Shown: positions 40,134 through 52,024 of the stretch, piece by piece
Layout of the letters: each line of letters starts with the position of its first letter
How positions within the stretch are numbered: the first letter of the stretch is position 1
Source of the DNA: Heptranchias perlo
Taxonomy: Eukaryota
Direction: 5' to 3'
Assembly: GCF_035084215.1 (NCBI RefSeq)
Contig: NC_090334.1
Coordinates: forward strand, 71,982,001 to 72,046,000
DNA length: 64,000 nt
Notes under the pieces: model-generated
What the model was told of the DNA's origin: nothing
The model's database searches: none
Seen by the model: the letters and a program-made list of their open reading frames with translations, nothing else
Made by a program: the position numbers and the translations under genes

Positions 40134-43100
40134 CTGGGTGGGGGAGGGGGGGGTGTGGAGAGAGAGAAGAAAAGTTACAAAGTTGTCACACCCACTGCAA
40201 TAAGTTAATTACCATACGCCAGATTTTAAATGAGTTAACCATTACAGTCTCAGGCACCAGCTCCAATACTCCAATGGTGACCTCTATATTCAGATGTATT
40301 AATAGAGACAGGAATCACCTCTTACCTAAAACCACACCTAAAAAGTGTAAAAATTAAGTGCACTTAAAGTTATTCAGGTCACCATTCATCTCCTGACAAA
40401 CAGTAATGATACTTGACCTTGGGTGTCCAAACTACAAGCTCCAGTTTTCTGGCCTGCAAAGTCCTGGCTCCTGAGTCAGAATTTTCTACTTGTGGCCTTA
40501 AAACCCATTTCCTCTGCTCTTCAGGTTGCCTTTTTGACCTTTGCCGGCCCAGTGGATCAGAAAAGCACTGCTCCTAGATTAGTGGATTTGGACCTACACT
40601 GTCCCTTTTTAAATCTACCAATTGAAAAAGACAAAGCCAACAGCATAGGAATTATTTTACAAGCTTCGAGGACAAAATAATCTAGCAGAGATACAAGAGT
40701 GATGACGACCAGTGGGGAACAGCCAACAAAAAAGGTGAACTAGGAGCAGGCACCTCTAGCCAAAAAGAAAAAGTAGCAGCAAAGTAGCCAGCCTTTGCAT
40801 TGTCCAGGGACTTCAATTTTTATTGTAAATGCAAAAAACAACTTTTGTATATTTAATTAGGAAACAAGTGGAGAGTTTTATACACAAGATATTCTCCAAA
40901 TTTTCTTCTGTAATTTTAGTGTCTCCATAGCAACCAACTCAAGAAAACATTGGATACCCCACTCCTCTCCTCCACAAATCACACTCCATGAGAACTAGCT
41001 TTGGTCAATTATCTTAAAATAGTGACCAATGTTTTAGTGTGAAGAAACTCCTCATTACAATTAGGTATAACTGCTACTTCAGTTTCAAATCATATTTTTT
41101 GTTTCTACTAAACCTGTCCTGCACAAAAATTGTTTAACTAATCCCTGCACTCTAATTGAGCAAACCTTGGAACATATGCCAAAGGCTAATTCAGCCGAGT
41201 TTCCTTTTCAACTCATGTCCACGTGTATTGCTCGCAGATACCACAATACATCAAATGATATCACCCATATGGAAGCCCTGTTGAGAGCCAGTAGAACAAT
41301 CATCAGTGGTGCTCAAAGCACAGCTTTATTGGGTTAACTTTGTTATTTGGATGCTGGACAGTAGGCCTCTGAATAAAGTGTTCTACAGCTACCTGAAAAC
41401 TGCCGTATATCCTTGTAGTGCACAGAAGGGTAGAGACACCTTGAGAAACAAGTTCATTACATAATATACCACAACAATGTGGCACTGGATAAGCTGGAAT
41501 GAAGATCTCACGCTGCATGCTGGGGATCTCTACAAACAAATGGTTATACTCATGCCCACGCTGCATCAAGTTGTTCGGTCTACAAGTTATTTAGCCCTAC
41601 TTTCAGTAAACAGACTACAGAATGATCAAGTACAAGGCATGCTATTAAGCATTCTAATGTTTTATAAAGACACTTACTGATGGGTATTCACTTTTTATTG
41701 GTAAGGAATTGATGTAGTGGTAGCTCTGATTATCCCGGATGGGGCACTGAATCCCACATTTACAGCCATCATCGTTAGGAATTTTAAAAGGAATTGGAAT
41801 TCCAGCCAGGATGCCATGAACCACAGCCGTACTTGTTTGACTTGAGTTTGCTGAAGACAAATTACAATACAGTTAGCCCACAAGTTTACTCAGACTTAGG
41901 TCACATTAAAATAAAGTTACAGCCCATGAACAGCACACAGGGTCACACCTGCAATCCCATTCTCTGCCACTTGGAATGAGGGAGAAGCACAAAATACGGA
42001 GGAGGGGAAAAAATAAAGTCACCAGGCCGGCTCAGGCACTTCCGAGCAGTTGGCTACATTTCGGCTGGCACTTGGTCAGTTATGAAACAACCGAAAAAGG
42101 TAGTTTTAAAAACAATTTACACTCAAGCACACTCAGGTGAGATATGCCTCGGCTAGATGCAGATTATAGCTCCCTCTATTCTACTTGAATAATGTGCCTG
42201 AATCCCCACTTTAGGGGAACATGCATCTCCCTACTGCATGGATATCTCTCTAACCTCTGCTGGATAATTGTAAACAATTTTACACCACCAAGTTATAGTC
42301 CAGCAATTTTATTTTAAATTCACAAGCTTTCGGAGGCTTCCTCCTTCCTCAGGTGAACGTTGTTGGAAATGAAATCCTCGAAATGAAATCGCATTTATAA
42401 ATCACAGAACAATGCTTGGTGATTACAGACAGTTTTTTTCAACTGCCCGTTGCCAAGGCAATCAGTGTGCAGACAGACAGGTGTTACCTACAAGTTCTCT
42501 GAATATACAAATCACCAAAAAAAGAGATAGAGAGGTAGAAACATAGAAAAGACAGCAACTGACCCGTTATATTAAAAACAGATCTCTGCTGGATAGATTT
42601 GTGTTGTGAGCTCTCAGCTGAAGTTGTGATCATCTCAAACTCATTTCAGTTGGCAAAAACACAGCAAGGGGAGACTGAGCTGGATTTGAACTCCATTTAG
42701 CAATTTAAAAAGGGCATGACAGTGTGTTAACGCATTCCTCCTTCCAGTCCATCTGATGCGAGTGATTTCAATTTACGTTGTACACAAAAAAGTATTGTCA
42801 TTTTGGTAATCTACCAATATGAACATTGAAAACTTTATCAGTGGGTGAAAAGAAATGCAGCTGCACAGTCTGTTCACCTCCGGTTTGATCACATTTACCA
42901 GGCAGTGTACAGCAGAGGACAATAGGATTACCGTCACATCTTACGAGACCGCGTAATCTGAAGTTTACGTGCTGGAAAGACATAGATCTGTCAGCATCCA
43001 AAAGGAAAACCTGAATCAGGACAGTTTGATGTCACAACAAACAAGGTCATTTAGTTTACCTTGTTAATCTCTCCATAGAAACCTACGGTTCTCTCATCAC

Positions 43101-46100
43101 AGCATTTACCTGCTTCTTGAATGATTTCAGAATTTTGAACCCAAGTTCAAGTGTTGAATCACTGAAGTGCTTCCACACTTTCAGTCCTGAACTTGTTTTT
43201 TTTAAATCAGTTAGTACCTACATCCCCTTACTCATTATTAACTTCTATAAAGATCCAATCTCATTTGCTTTACAGTTGAAGTTTTTCTAAACTTTCCCCT
43301 AACTCAGCCCTCAGATATTAGGAAACAGCCTTGTAGCTCTCCCTTGCACCACAAATTTGGATGTTTTTCTTATGCCTCTGTGATCAGAACTGAACACACT
43401 ATTCAAGATGGGACCAGAAAAAAAGTGATGTACAGCTTCAGAGTGACAACCTCAGACCTGTACTCTGATTTAGCAATATCACACGGCACCGTATGCTTTG
43501 ATAATTTCTATTCTGTAATGATTGCAGTGTTAAGTCTAATCAATCCCAGATATCACTCAGCTTCTCCTTCTAGTTTGACACCAACCACCATGTCCCACAT
43601 CCCCCTCCGCCCAGTGTATAAGGCCTTGTACTTCTCTATATTGAATTTCACCATTTATAGTTCTGCCATTTGGAAATATTGACCAGATCTTTCCATAACT
43701 CCTCAGCTGCTTCATCAGACTCAGCTGCCCTCTCCGTTTGGTTACCAATTGCAAATGTGGCCAGCTTATATTGCATTTCTGATCCAGGTCATTTACGTAG
43801 ATCAAAGAGTGGTGGCCCCACCACCAATCCTTGAAACACTCCAGTCGGTATCACTCCCTTAACACCTATTGCTTCTTCTCTTTTAGCCACTTTCTTACCT
43901 ACCTCCAGGTTTTACCTAGGATAGCCACTACTTCAAGCCCTAGCAGCCTTTCATATGGAACTTCAAATCAAGGGTTTTCTCAAAGTCTAGATCTCTCTTT
44001 GTTCCTGACATTTTAACATTGGAGGTTCCTGTATTCTTCCCAGTGGTTTCCCTCACATTGTTCCCCCTCACATTGTTCCCTACAGGATTTCTACATCATC
44101 TTTTGTTTACTTACGTCCCTACGTCTTATCTTACTAATCCATTTACAGTCACATTTCTTTTAGTATTTAATATCTATTTATCCTACATGCTCAGTAGGAT
44201 TTTAACTTATTTTCTTTCAAATACCAAATGTGTTCTTCCAGAAGCCTGTTTTTAAAATTTCAGATTTTAAGTCTGTGTGTTCTTTATTTTTATCCAATCC
44301 TAATATTTGTTGGTCTGTTTGAAGTGTTTTCGGCTCTCTCCTATAATAGAGCTACAAGTTATCAAATGAGTAGGGTTATGTAGACAGAGGAGCCACCAAC
44401 TAGAAATGGAATTAAACCCTGCAAATCATGCACACTTTATAGAATTAATCCTACAACAAAATGGAAAGGTTCTTTGTTAAACAGCAAATTAAGTTCTAAA
44501 ATGTCTCATTTATCATTTGATATATGCCAAACCGGTAGATGTAAATGCTGAAAACCTGCTTTCCATGCTCAGCTATGGATGTATAAACTGCTGACCCACA
44601 TTTTAGAGAAGTGTTTTTTTTAAAAACTGGGCCCCAATAAACAAGACAACTAGCACACAGTAGACGGAAAGTTATGTTCCTTTCCAGTTTTGTATTATAA
44701 CCTCACAGGGTCACTTACTGCTGGCAAAGGTGACGTTCACGCCGTAGTTTTGTCCTTTGTGAAGTACACAAGGCAGAGAGGGGCAGGGGATGATATCCAC
44801 AATAATTTTTCCTGCTGTAGAACCTGTAATACAACAGACAGTTGATGTCACTTATCCCAGATAGGTGCAGGGATAAATTAACAGGGGCTTGATGCAGTAT
44901 ATGGATAAACTACATGTAGCGGCAGGCAAAGTACATGCACAACAGAAAATTACTTAAAGCCGTAGGCTATCTCCAGAATGAGCTAGATCTTTCAATTCAT
45001 ACACCACCTCTTCCCTACCCCCACACCACAGGCTTTCCTGTTCGGAGAATTTCCTCACATGATTCCTCTGTAATTGCACAGCAGCAGTTTCAAAGCACAT
45101 GAAGCAATCACGTGAAATGTTAAGGGTGTCTGGATTCTAGGCTGGTTCCCCATCTCACTTCAGTTGCTCCCCAATACATATTTCAAAAATAAACTATTTG
45201 ATAGGCACACATCATTCAGTTGATGTCCAGTAGGCAGATGTATAGTGCATGGCTAATTTTGGAGTGAAGTAACTAACAGTGGAGGACAACCACATAGGAG
45301 ATTACCTGCAGGGATAAGGGGTAAACGGCAAAAGGAAATTTAGGAATCTGGCACATTACAAAAACAAAATTTATCATACAAACAGTACAACAGACAATAT
45401 CTTCACAGATCATTACATCCAAGTATATTCCTATTGTAACTTTAGCTATGATTTAAAACCAACATCATTCGTTTGAGTAACACTGAGAAGCAGTGCTTCC
45501 AATCAGGGACCACACAGATTTTTTTGTTTAAAAAGTGGCATCAATCATGTAATGACAAGCTCAATTGGCAATCACACACAGAATCATAAGATTGGCAGAA
45601 GTGGGAAATGGAAAATGACACATTGTGAGGAGAGCAACAAAAGGAGGAGGTGGGGAAGAAAGTGGGTGATCCAGATCGATGTTTTGACAGCAAGATGAAA
45701 GGGGCTACCTAAAGGGTGAAAGGGCAAGTGGCTAAAGAGAAGATGAAGGTAATTTTAGTAGGTGGTTCCATAATCAGAGGCACAGACAGCAGACTTTGCA
45801 GCAATGACAGCAAATTGTTACATGGTGTGGAATACTGTGAAAAGCGCTGCCAAAATGAATGACATGCATGGATTCACTGTACTCTTAAAGAGTTGGATGA
45901 GTTCCTGAGAACTGAGGACATCTTTGGTAATAGAAGGCAGATGGAGGGCTAGCTGTAATGACAATTACTGCAGTGTCCTGGAGTTTGTTTGATTGGCTTC
46001 AGGAGTGAGAGGAATTTCCCAGAATTTTTTCCTAATTTGGCCTACATTTTTTTTTCTCTTTCTGCCTCACCCAGGAGATTGTATGATTGTGGGGAGGGAA

Positions 46101-48804
46101 GGTTAACAGTGCATGAATGCTACACCACGTCTGGACAGGCAGGCTGGATGGTCCAGTTGATCTTATCTGTCCTTTTTTGTGATTGTATGGTCTGTTGCCT
46201 CCATGGTGCCAAGGTAAGGAAATGTCAAGCAGCAGCTAAACAAACTTTTGGAAAGGAAGGGGAATAGAATGACTCACGTGGGAATCAACGAGATGGGCAA
46301 GAAAAAGTTGGAGCAAGGTATTAAGGAAAAGAACTTCCAGGAAGTCTGGGAATAGATGCATAAATTACTACGTACTGGGGTTAATTTGTAGAGGGAGGTA
46401 GGTAGGTCAGTCAGTCGGTCTATCTATCTATCTATCTATCCATCCTTGGTTAGAGCACACTTGGAGGACTGTGCAGTTCTGGTCTCCACACTACAAAAAG
46501 GATATTGAAACACTGGAGAAAGTATAGAAAGATTTACAAGGATTTTACCAGAAATCAGAAGATGCAACTATCAGGAAAGATCCAGCAGGCTGGGGCTCTT
46601 TTCCCTGGAACAGAAAAGACGAAGAAGAGACCCAATAAAGATGAAGGGGTTTGATAGGGTGGATGTGAAGGAACCGATTCCACTTGTGGGCGAGTCTAGA
46701 ACAAGGGGGCATTAGTGTAAGATAGCCAAGTCTCAGAATGAATACCTGCTGGGACGCTACAGCATAGAACTTTTCATTCATCTCAGGTAGGTCCTCTGCA
46801 GGTGGCACAGAAAGATGAGAAACACATGCTCCTTTACAGCTCGAATCCACCGCGTGCTGGATGAGATATTTACTATTAGTCTGGATCATACCGCCCACAA
46901 CCAAATACAATGACATATTATAGTTTACTCCACAGTTCTCATGCCCTTTTCTACATAGAAAAGGGAAGGAAGAGAAATTAAAACAAGGCTGTAAAAGGCT
47001 TTTGGTTTTATTTGCTAATCTGTTTAACCATTCCTTTTTAGCCGTTTAAAATGTTATACAATACATTACAGCAAACACAAAGTAAATAGAGCAACTGTGT
47101 AACAATTACAAGATTGTGTAATACAGGAACCAAACCTGAACAAACACTAAGAGCTTATAACAGAAAGCACCTTTTATGGCATCAGGCCATCCTAAAAGCA
47201 CTTTCATTTAAATTACTTTTGAAGTGTAATCACTATTGTTTTGTAGGCAAGTGAGGCAGATCATTTGCACACAGTTTGTGGGACCTTGCTGTAAGTGAGA
47301 TAAACAAAAAGAAAAATACTGCAAATTCTGGAAATCTGAAAAAATAGAAAAACTGGAAATTCTGAGGCCAGGCAGCATCTGTGGATAAACAGAAGTCAGT
47401 CAACATTTCAGGTCGAAGGCCATTCCTCAGGACATCTCAGCTGTTCCTCCCAGTCCTGAGGGCCTTAGACCTGAAACATTGACTGTAGTTTCTCCACAGA
47501 TGCGGCCTGGCTTGCTGGGTATTTCCAGCCTTTTGTTTTCAAATAAGATAATGTGTTTTTTGGGGCTGTCCAGCACACCAGGAGAACTCCCTCCTCTTCT
47601 TTCAGTAGTGCCACAAGATCTTCAACATCCACCTTGGCGTAATAACTTGTCCAAGAGACAACACTTGAACAATGCAGTGCTTCAGTAAAGTGTCAGTCTA
47701 GTTTAGGCACTCGAGTTCTGGAAAGGATCTGGACTCCAGGGCAAGAGTGTTACCACTATCAGGCTGACAAATCAGAAGATACGCTATTAAATGTGCCACC
47801 TCTTGCAAGATAAGCAATGCACTAATTCTCCTACCGGAGTTGATACAAGTACAGCTGAAGTACAACAGTAATAAGGGTGAATTTAAACGAGGGTATTAAA
47901 CAAATGGGAGACTGCGGGCAGTCAGGTGGACTGAAACGGTCTTTTCCAGTCCTGTAAATTCCCATGACTTTATTCAACAGCAGTTTCTCGTTTCCAAGAG
48001 AATCTTTAAAAGCCTGAACAAAATGGTAAGTTTGGACTTAAAATGTCAGTTCCCTCTCATTTTCAGATCTTCATTATTACAGGTTTACTGAACACCCAGA
48101 GAATGTTCGACATTCAGTAGTCCAATACAGAGCACTTCGCACTATCAGCAGTAGTCCCACCCAGAAACATTTAAAAGTTTCGCAGGAACCCACACATTTT
48201 TAAACACGACTCTGCATGAAAACACTCAATTCTCAGAACCCAGTTAACAAAAAAGAATGATCACTTGATGGAAGAACAACAGCCACGTGAAAATGAGTCA
48301 CACCATCAGACCACTTGCACATCACAATAAAATTAGCACGCAGCCGTTTAAGTCAGTCTCCACAATGAATGGAACAAAGGCCAGAAGGAAAACAGGAAGT
48401 ATTTTAGATGCCATGTCAATCCAGTTGAGTTTAAAAGGACGGGGAGAAGAATGAATAACAACCCCTTTAAACACCCTCTCCTCCCCCCCCCCAAAAAAAA
48501 ACTGTGTGCGTGTAAATAAATAAATAAATGTCCTTTTAAAGGTGGCATGCATCAGCTTCAGGAACACACTCTGATTTTATCAGACAGCAGTATATATACT
48601 TGGTGAATTTCAAAAATAAACCAGGGGAGATTAACTCTACGCTTTAGTGGAAGGGGAATCAAATCCACGTTAACATTTACAACTGATAAAAGTTTGAAGG
48701 GGTTTCCCACCACACTCACCGCAGTCCTTAAATTTCACCGGCTCGGCCCCACACAGAGCCCCCAGAGCCAGGAGGACGGCGAACACCGGACACACCACCT
48801 GCAT
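40047..48804 (-). CDS. NPC2: NPC intracellular cholesterol transporter 2, copy A (exons 48720-48804, 44719-44823, 41678-41850, 40047-40133; 149 aa)
   Basis: Spliced product [149 protein letters not shown]; signal peptide plus ML domain; GT-AG introns of phase 1,1,0. Confidence 0.95.
41678..41850 (-). CDS. NPC2: NPC2 copy A exon 3
   Basis: ttcag|CAAAC...CCATCA|gtaagt; AVVHGILAGIPIPF...LPIKSEYPS. Confidence 0.95.
42267..42583 (-). mobile_element. 5'-truncated Penelope-like insertion with a 12-bp target-site duplication, in NPC2-A intron 2
   Basis: ctctgctggata at 42255-42266 and 42584-42595; carries a hammerhead motif. Confidence 0.8.
42319..42357 (-). ncRNA. Minimal type I hammerhead ribozyme motif
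   Basis: UUCAC-CUGAGGA-A-GGAGG-AAG-CCUCC-GAAA-GCUU-GUGAA: stem I UUCAC/GUGAA, stem II GGAGG/CCUCC, palindromic AGCU stem III, CUU cleavage triplet. Confidence 0.75.
43060..44000 (-). mobile_element. Old degenerate CR1-type LINE
   Basis: Residual IYVNDLD...W...FN..KY motifs on -. Confidence 0.5.
44719..44823 (-). CDS. NPC2: NPC2 copy A exon 2
   Basis: tacag|GTTCT...AGCA|gtaagt; [21 protein letters not shown]. Confidence 0.94.
45745..46720 (+). mobile_element. Fragmented CR1, including an ORF1 SGNH-esterase remnant and ORF2 3' piece; (TCTA)n at ~46419-46440
   Basis: VILVGGSIIRGTDSRLC (~45749), MVCCLHGAKVR (~46187) and HVGINEMG (~46275) match the CR1 ORF1 esterase blocks. Confidence 0.6.
47150..47770 (-). 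mobile_element. Degenerate DeuSINE-like SINE interrupted by a palindromic Penelope-derived element (~47310-47545)
   Basis: Flanks match 3600-4050; the insert has inverted arms gcagcatctgtgga..tttcaggtc / gacctgaaac..tccacagatgc. Confidence 0.6.
48720..48804 (-). CDS. NPC2: NPC2 copy A exon 1 (signal peptide)
   Basis: ATG at 48804; ends GACTGCG|gtgagt. Confidence 0.94.
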
Positions 48805-49280
48805 CCCGCTTTGTTGCCTCTCGACCCGAGTTCAGAGGGACGGTGAGCAGCGAACGGTTCGCGTCGACTGGTTCAAAAGCGCTGGCAGCCCTTCCGGGAC
48901 CTCACATGACTCCACTTCGCAACCCGACCCTAGGCGGTCTCATCAAACCCCGCCCACCCTCACCCGGGTGAGGAGGAAGCAAAGCACAGGCCCGTAAAAG
49001 CCGCTGTGAAGACCACAACAGGCAGCAATGGCTCCTTAGGCGGGACGCCATCATCCTGCCTCCCCCTCCCCCTCCCTGGCTCCTCCCACCAGGCTCCTTC
49101 CCCTCCCTGAATCTACTCCGCCCCTTTCTGGCTCCGGCTCCTCCTCCTCCCCCCGCGTGCAGCGGCTTCTGCTCCGCAAGTTCCATTTTACATTTAAACC
49201 AACCAGCGCGCTCTCGTCACGTGATCATGGCTAACGGCTTTTTATTCACCAATCGGCGTGTTGAAAAGGCGGATCCTGCT
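48805..49280 (-). promoter_or_regulatory. CpG-rich promoter of NPC2 copy A with CLEAR/E-box (TCACGTGA 49217-49224), M-box-like TCACATGA (48902-48909), GC box and CCAAT (49249-49253)
   Basis: Motifs read directly; GC/CpG-rich island upstream of the ATG; the motifs are shared with the copy B promoter. Confidence 0.7.
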
Positions 49281-49530
49281 TGATGGAGATTGAGATATTG
49301 CAAAATACACTCATGGAGGCACCACTTGGATCGGAGAGCGCGAAAATGAGGGCCACACGAGAGCAGGCAGACGATGGAGGTGAGGGAGTGGTTCAGCAAA
49401 AAAAAAACACAGCTGCAGAATTAACATGGCAAATAGAGGGACGAAAGCATAACCATACCAGAAGGAACAATCAATAATATCGTGAGACGACTGCGTCTCA
49501 TTGGAGCAAAATATTTGTTAATGTTTTAAA

Positions 49531-50425
49531 GGTCAGAAATGGGGATGTTCGCTGATGATTGTAGAGAGTTCAGTTCCATTCACAACCCCTCAGATAATGA
49601 AGCAGTCTATGCCTGCATGCAGAAAGGCCTGGGCAACAACTAGGCTTGGGCTGATAAGTGGCAAGTAACATTCGCGCCAGACAAGTGCCAGGCAATGACC
49701 ATCTCCAACAAGAGAGGATCTAACCACCTCCCCTTGACATTCAACGGCAGTACCATCGCCGAATCCCCCACCATCAACATCCTAGGGGTCACCCTTGACC
49801 AGAAACTTAACTGGACCAGCCATATAAATACTGTGGCTACAAGAGCAGGTCAGAGGCTGGGTAATCTGCAGCGAGTGATTCACCTCCTGACTACCCAAAG
49901 CCTTTCCACCATCTACGAGGCACAAGTCAGGAGTGTGATGGAATACTCTCCACGTGCCTGGATGAGTGCAGCTCCAACAACACTCGAAGCTCGACACCAT
50001 CCAGGACAAAGCAGCCCACTTGATTGGCACCCTAAACATCCACTCCCTTCGCCACCGGCACACTGTGTACCATCTGCAGGATGCACTGCAGCAACTCCCC
50101 AAGGCTTCTTCGACAGCACCTCCCAAACACGCGACCTCTACCACCTAGAAAGACAAGGGCAGCAGGCACATGGGAGCACCACCACCTGCACGTTCCCCTC
50201 CAAGTCACACACCATCCCGACTTGGAAATATATCGCCGTTCCTTCGTCGTCAGTGGGTCAAACTCCTGGAACTCCCTACCTAACAGCACTGTGGAAGAAC
50301 CTTCACCACACGGACTCCAGCGGTTCAAGGCGACGGCTCACCACCACCTTCTCAAGGGCAATTAGTGATGGGCAATAAATGCTGGCTTGCCAGCAATGCC
50401 CACATCCTATGAACAAATAATAAAA
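49531..50425 (+). mobile_element. LINE of the same family as 22978-24068
   Basis: [18 protein letters not shown]...; same 3' tail. Confidence 0.88.
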
Positions 50426-50654
50426 AACTAATAATTTTTGCTGGGTGGTGGTAAGCTCCAACAAAAGAGCCAAAATATTTAGGCAGCCAATTACAAAGGC
50501 GATGCCGGTGAACACTTGGCCGGAAAGAGGGGGGGGGCGCGCGCTGTGTGTAAGCAAACAGCTGCCCAAAAAACTTGAAAGCACTCAGGCAGCAAAGAGT
50601 AGTTGCTCTCCTATGTTCACCAGTAGCCAGTTTCATAACTAGGTTGAAGGGAGC

Positions 50655-51610
50655 ACTACTGGATACTTCGTACTAGGGCCACTACTCTTTTTTGATATAT
50701 ATTAATGAGGTGGACTTGGGTATAATTTCAAATTTGCAGATGACATGAAACTCAAATGTAGTAAACAATGTGGAGGGTAGCAACAGACTTCTGGAGGATA
50801 CAGACTGGTGAAATGGGCAGACATGTGGCAAATGAAATTTAACACAGAAGTGTGAAGTGATGCATTTTGGTAGAATGAGGTGAGGTAATGTAAACTAAAT
50901 GGTACAATTTTAAAGGGATGTAGGATCCTGGGGGTGGACATACACAAATCTTTGAAGGTGGCAGGACAAGTTAAGCAGGCTGGATCCTAGGTTTTATTAA
51001 TAGAGGCAGAGTGTATAAAAGCAAGGAAGTTATGCTAAGCCTTTGTAAAACACTGGTTAGGCCTCAGCTGAAGTATTGTGTCCAATTCTGGGCACCACAC
51101 TTTAGGAAGGATGTTAAGGCTTTAGAGGGTATAGAAGAGATTTACTGGAATGGTGCTAGGGATGAGGGACTCCAGTTATGTGGAGAAACTGTTTTTTTTT
51201 TCCCCCCTTAGGACAGAAGGTTAAGGGGAGATTTGATAGGTGTTCAATATCATGAATGGTTTTGACAGTAAATAAGGAGAAACTGTTTCCAGTGGTAGAA
51301 GGATTGGTAACCACAGGACACAGATTTAAGGCAATTGGCAAAAAAAATCCAGAGGCAACATGACAAAAATTTTTTTTTTAAATATGCAGTGAATTGTAGT
51401 GATCTGGAATGCACTGGCTGAAAGGGTGGTGGGTGCAGATTCAATAGTAGCTTTCAAACAGGAATTGGATAAATACTTGAAGGGGGAAAAAAACTACAGG
51501 GCTATGGGAAAAGAGCAGGGGAATGTGACTAATTGGATAACTCTTTTAAAGAGCTGGCACAGGCATGATGGGCCAAATGACCTCCTCCTTTGCTGTACCT
51601 ACTATGATAT
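50655..51610 (+). mobile_element. CR1 3' fragment
   Basis: [24 protein letters not shown]; tail. Confidence 0.85.
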
Positions 51611-51738
51611 ATAACTGGTAGGCATTAAACAAGCACCTCCCTCAGTTTAAAAATTATCACAGTGGTTTAAATGGTTACTGAAACATCAGTTCCTGAGAAC
51701 CCCGGATTTAAAAAACACATACAATTGTAATTCATCTC

Positions 51739-51744
51739 TTTATT
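51739..51744 (-). terminator. Polyadenylation signal, NPC2 copy B
   Basis: AATAAA on - about 195 nt after the stop; paralogous to 39808-39813. Confidence 0.7.
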
Positions 51745-51937
51745 GATCTAATGTTAAGGCTAAGACAGATCAGTCAAATTCTAGAAATCCATTTTCAAAA
51801 CTTACAAATTAGTGCAAAAATAATAGTATGAATGAGTTTCATGTTTGCTTAATTTTCCCTTGTGAATAAACTATCTGGCTACATGGTTGATAAGTGTATT
51901 TGGGTACTACTACAGTAGCTAGTAATCAGTGATTAGT

Positions 51938-52024
51938 TTAGCCGGAAATCTGGACAGGGATCCTCCAACAGAAGATGTCTTTGTCATGTTCATCCTTCAG
52001 CTCCCATTCAACCACCAATTTAAT
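51938..52024 (-). CDS. NPC2: NPC2 copy B exon 4 with stop
   Basis: tccag|ATTAAA...GGC TAA; [28 protein letters not shown]. Confidence 0.93.
   Translation of the reverse strand: MKLVVEWELKDEHDKDIFCWRIPVQISG

Larger units (their letters stand above)
39685..49280. repeat. Tandem segmental duplication unit A (paralogous to ~51618-60450)
   Basis: Colinear similarity in 3' flank, UTR, introns and promoter, e.g. ggcattaaac..cagtttaaaaa at 39688/51621 and caccaatcg.cgtgttga at 49247/60422. Confidence 0.85.

Noticed and set aside
48902-49477. Short ORFs in the NPC2-A promoter region (94, 60 and 65 aa)
   Set aside because: They are by-products of a GC-rich island, with no recognisable domain and no counterpart in the paralogous promoter.
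39120-51610. CR1-mediated unequal crossover as the cause of the NPC2 duplication
   Set aside because: CR1 tails lie near both unit ends but look like different subfamilies at non-equivalent offsets, and CR1 is dense enough for coincidence.
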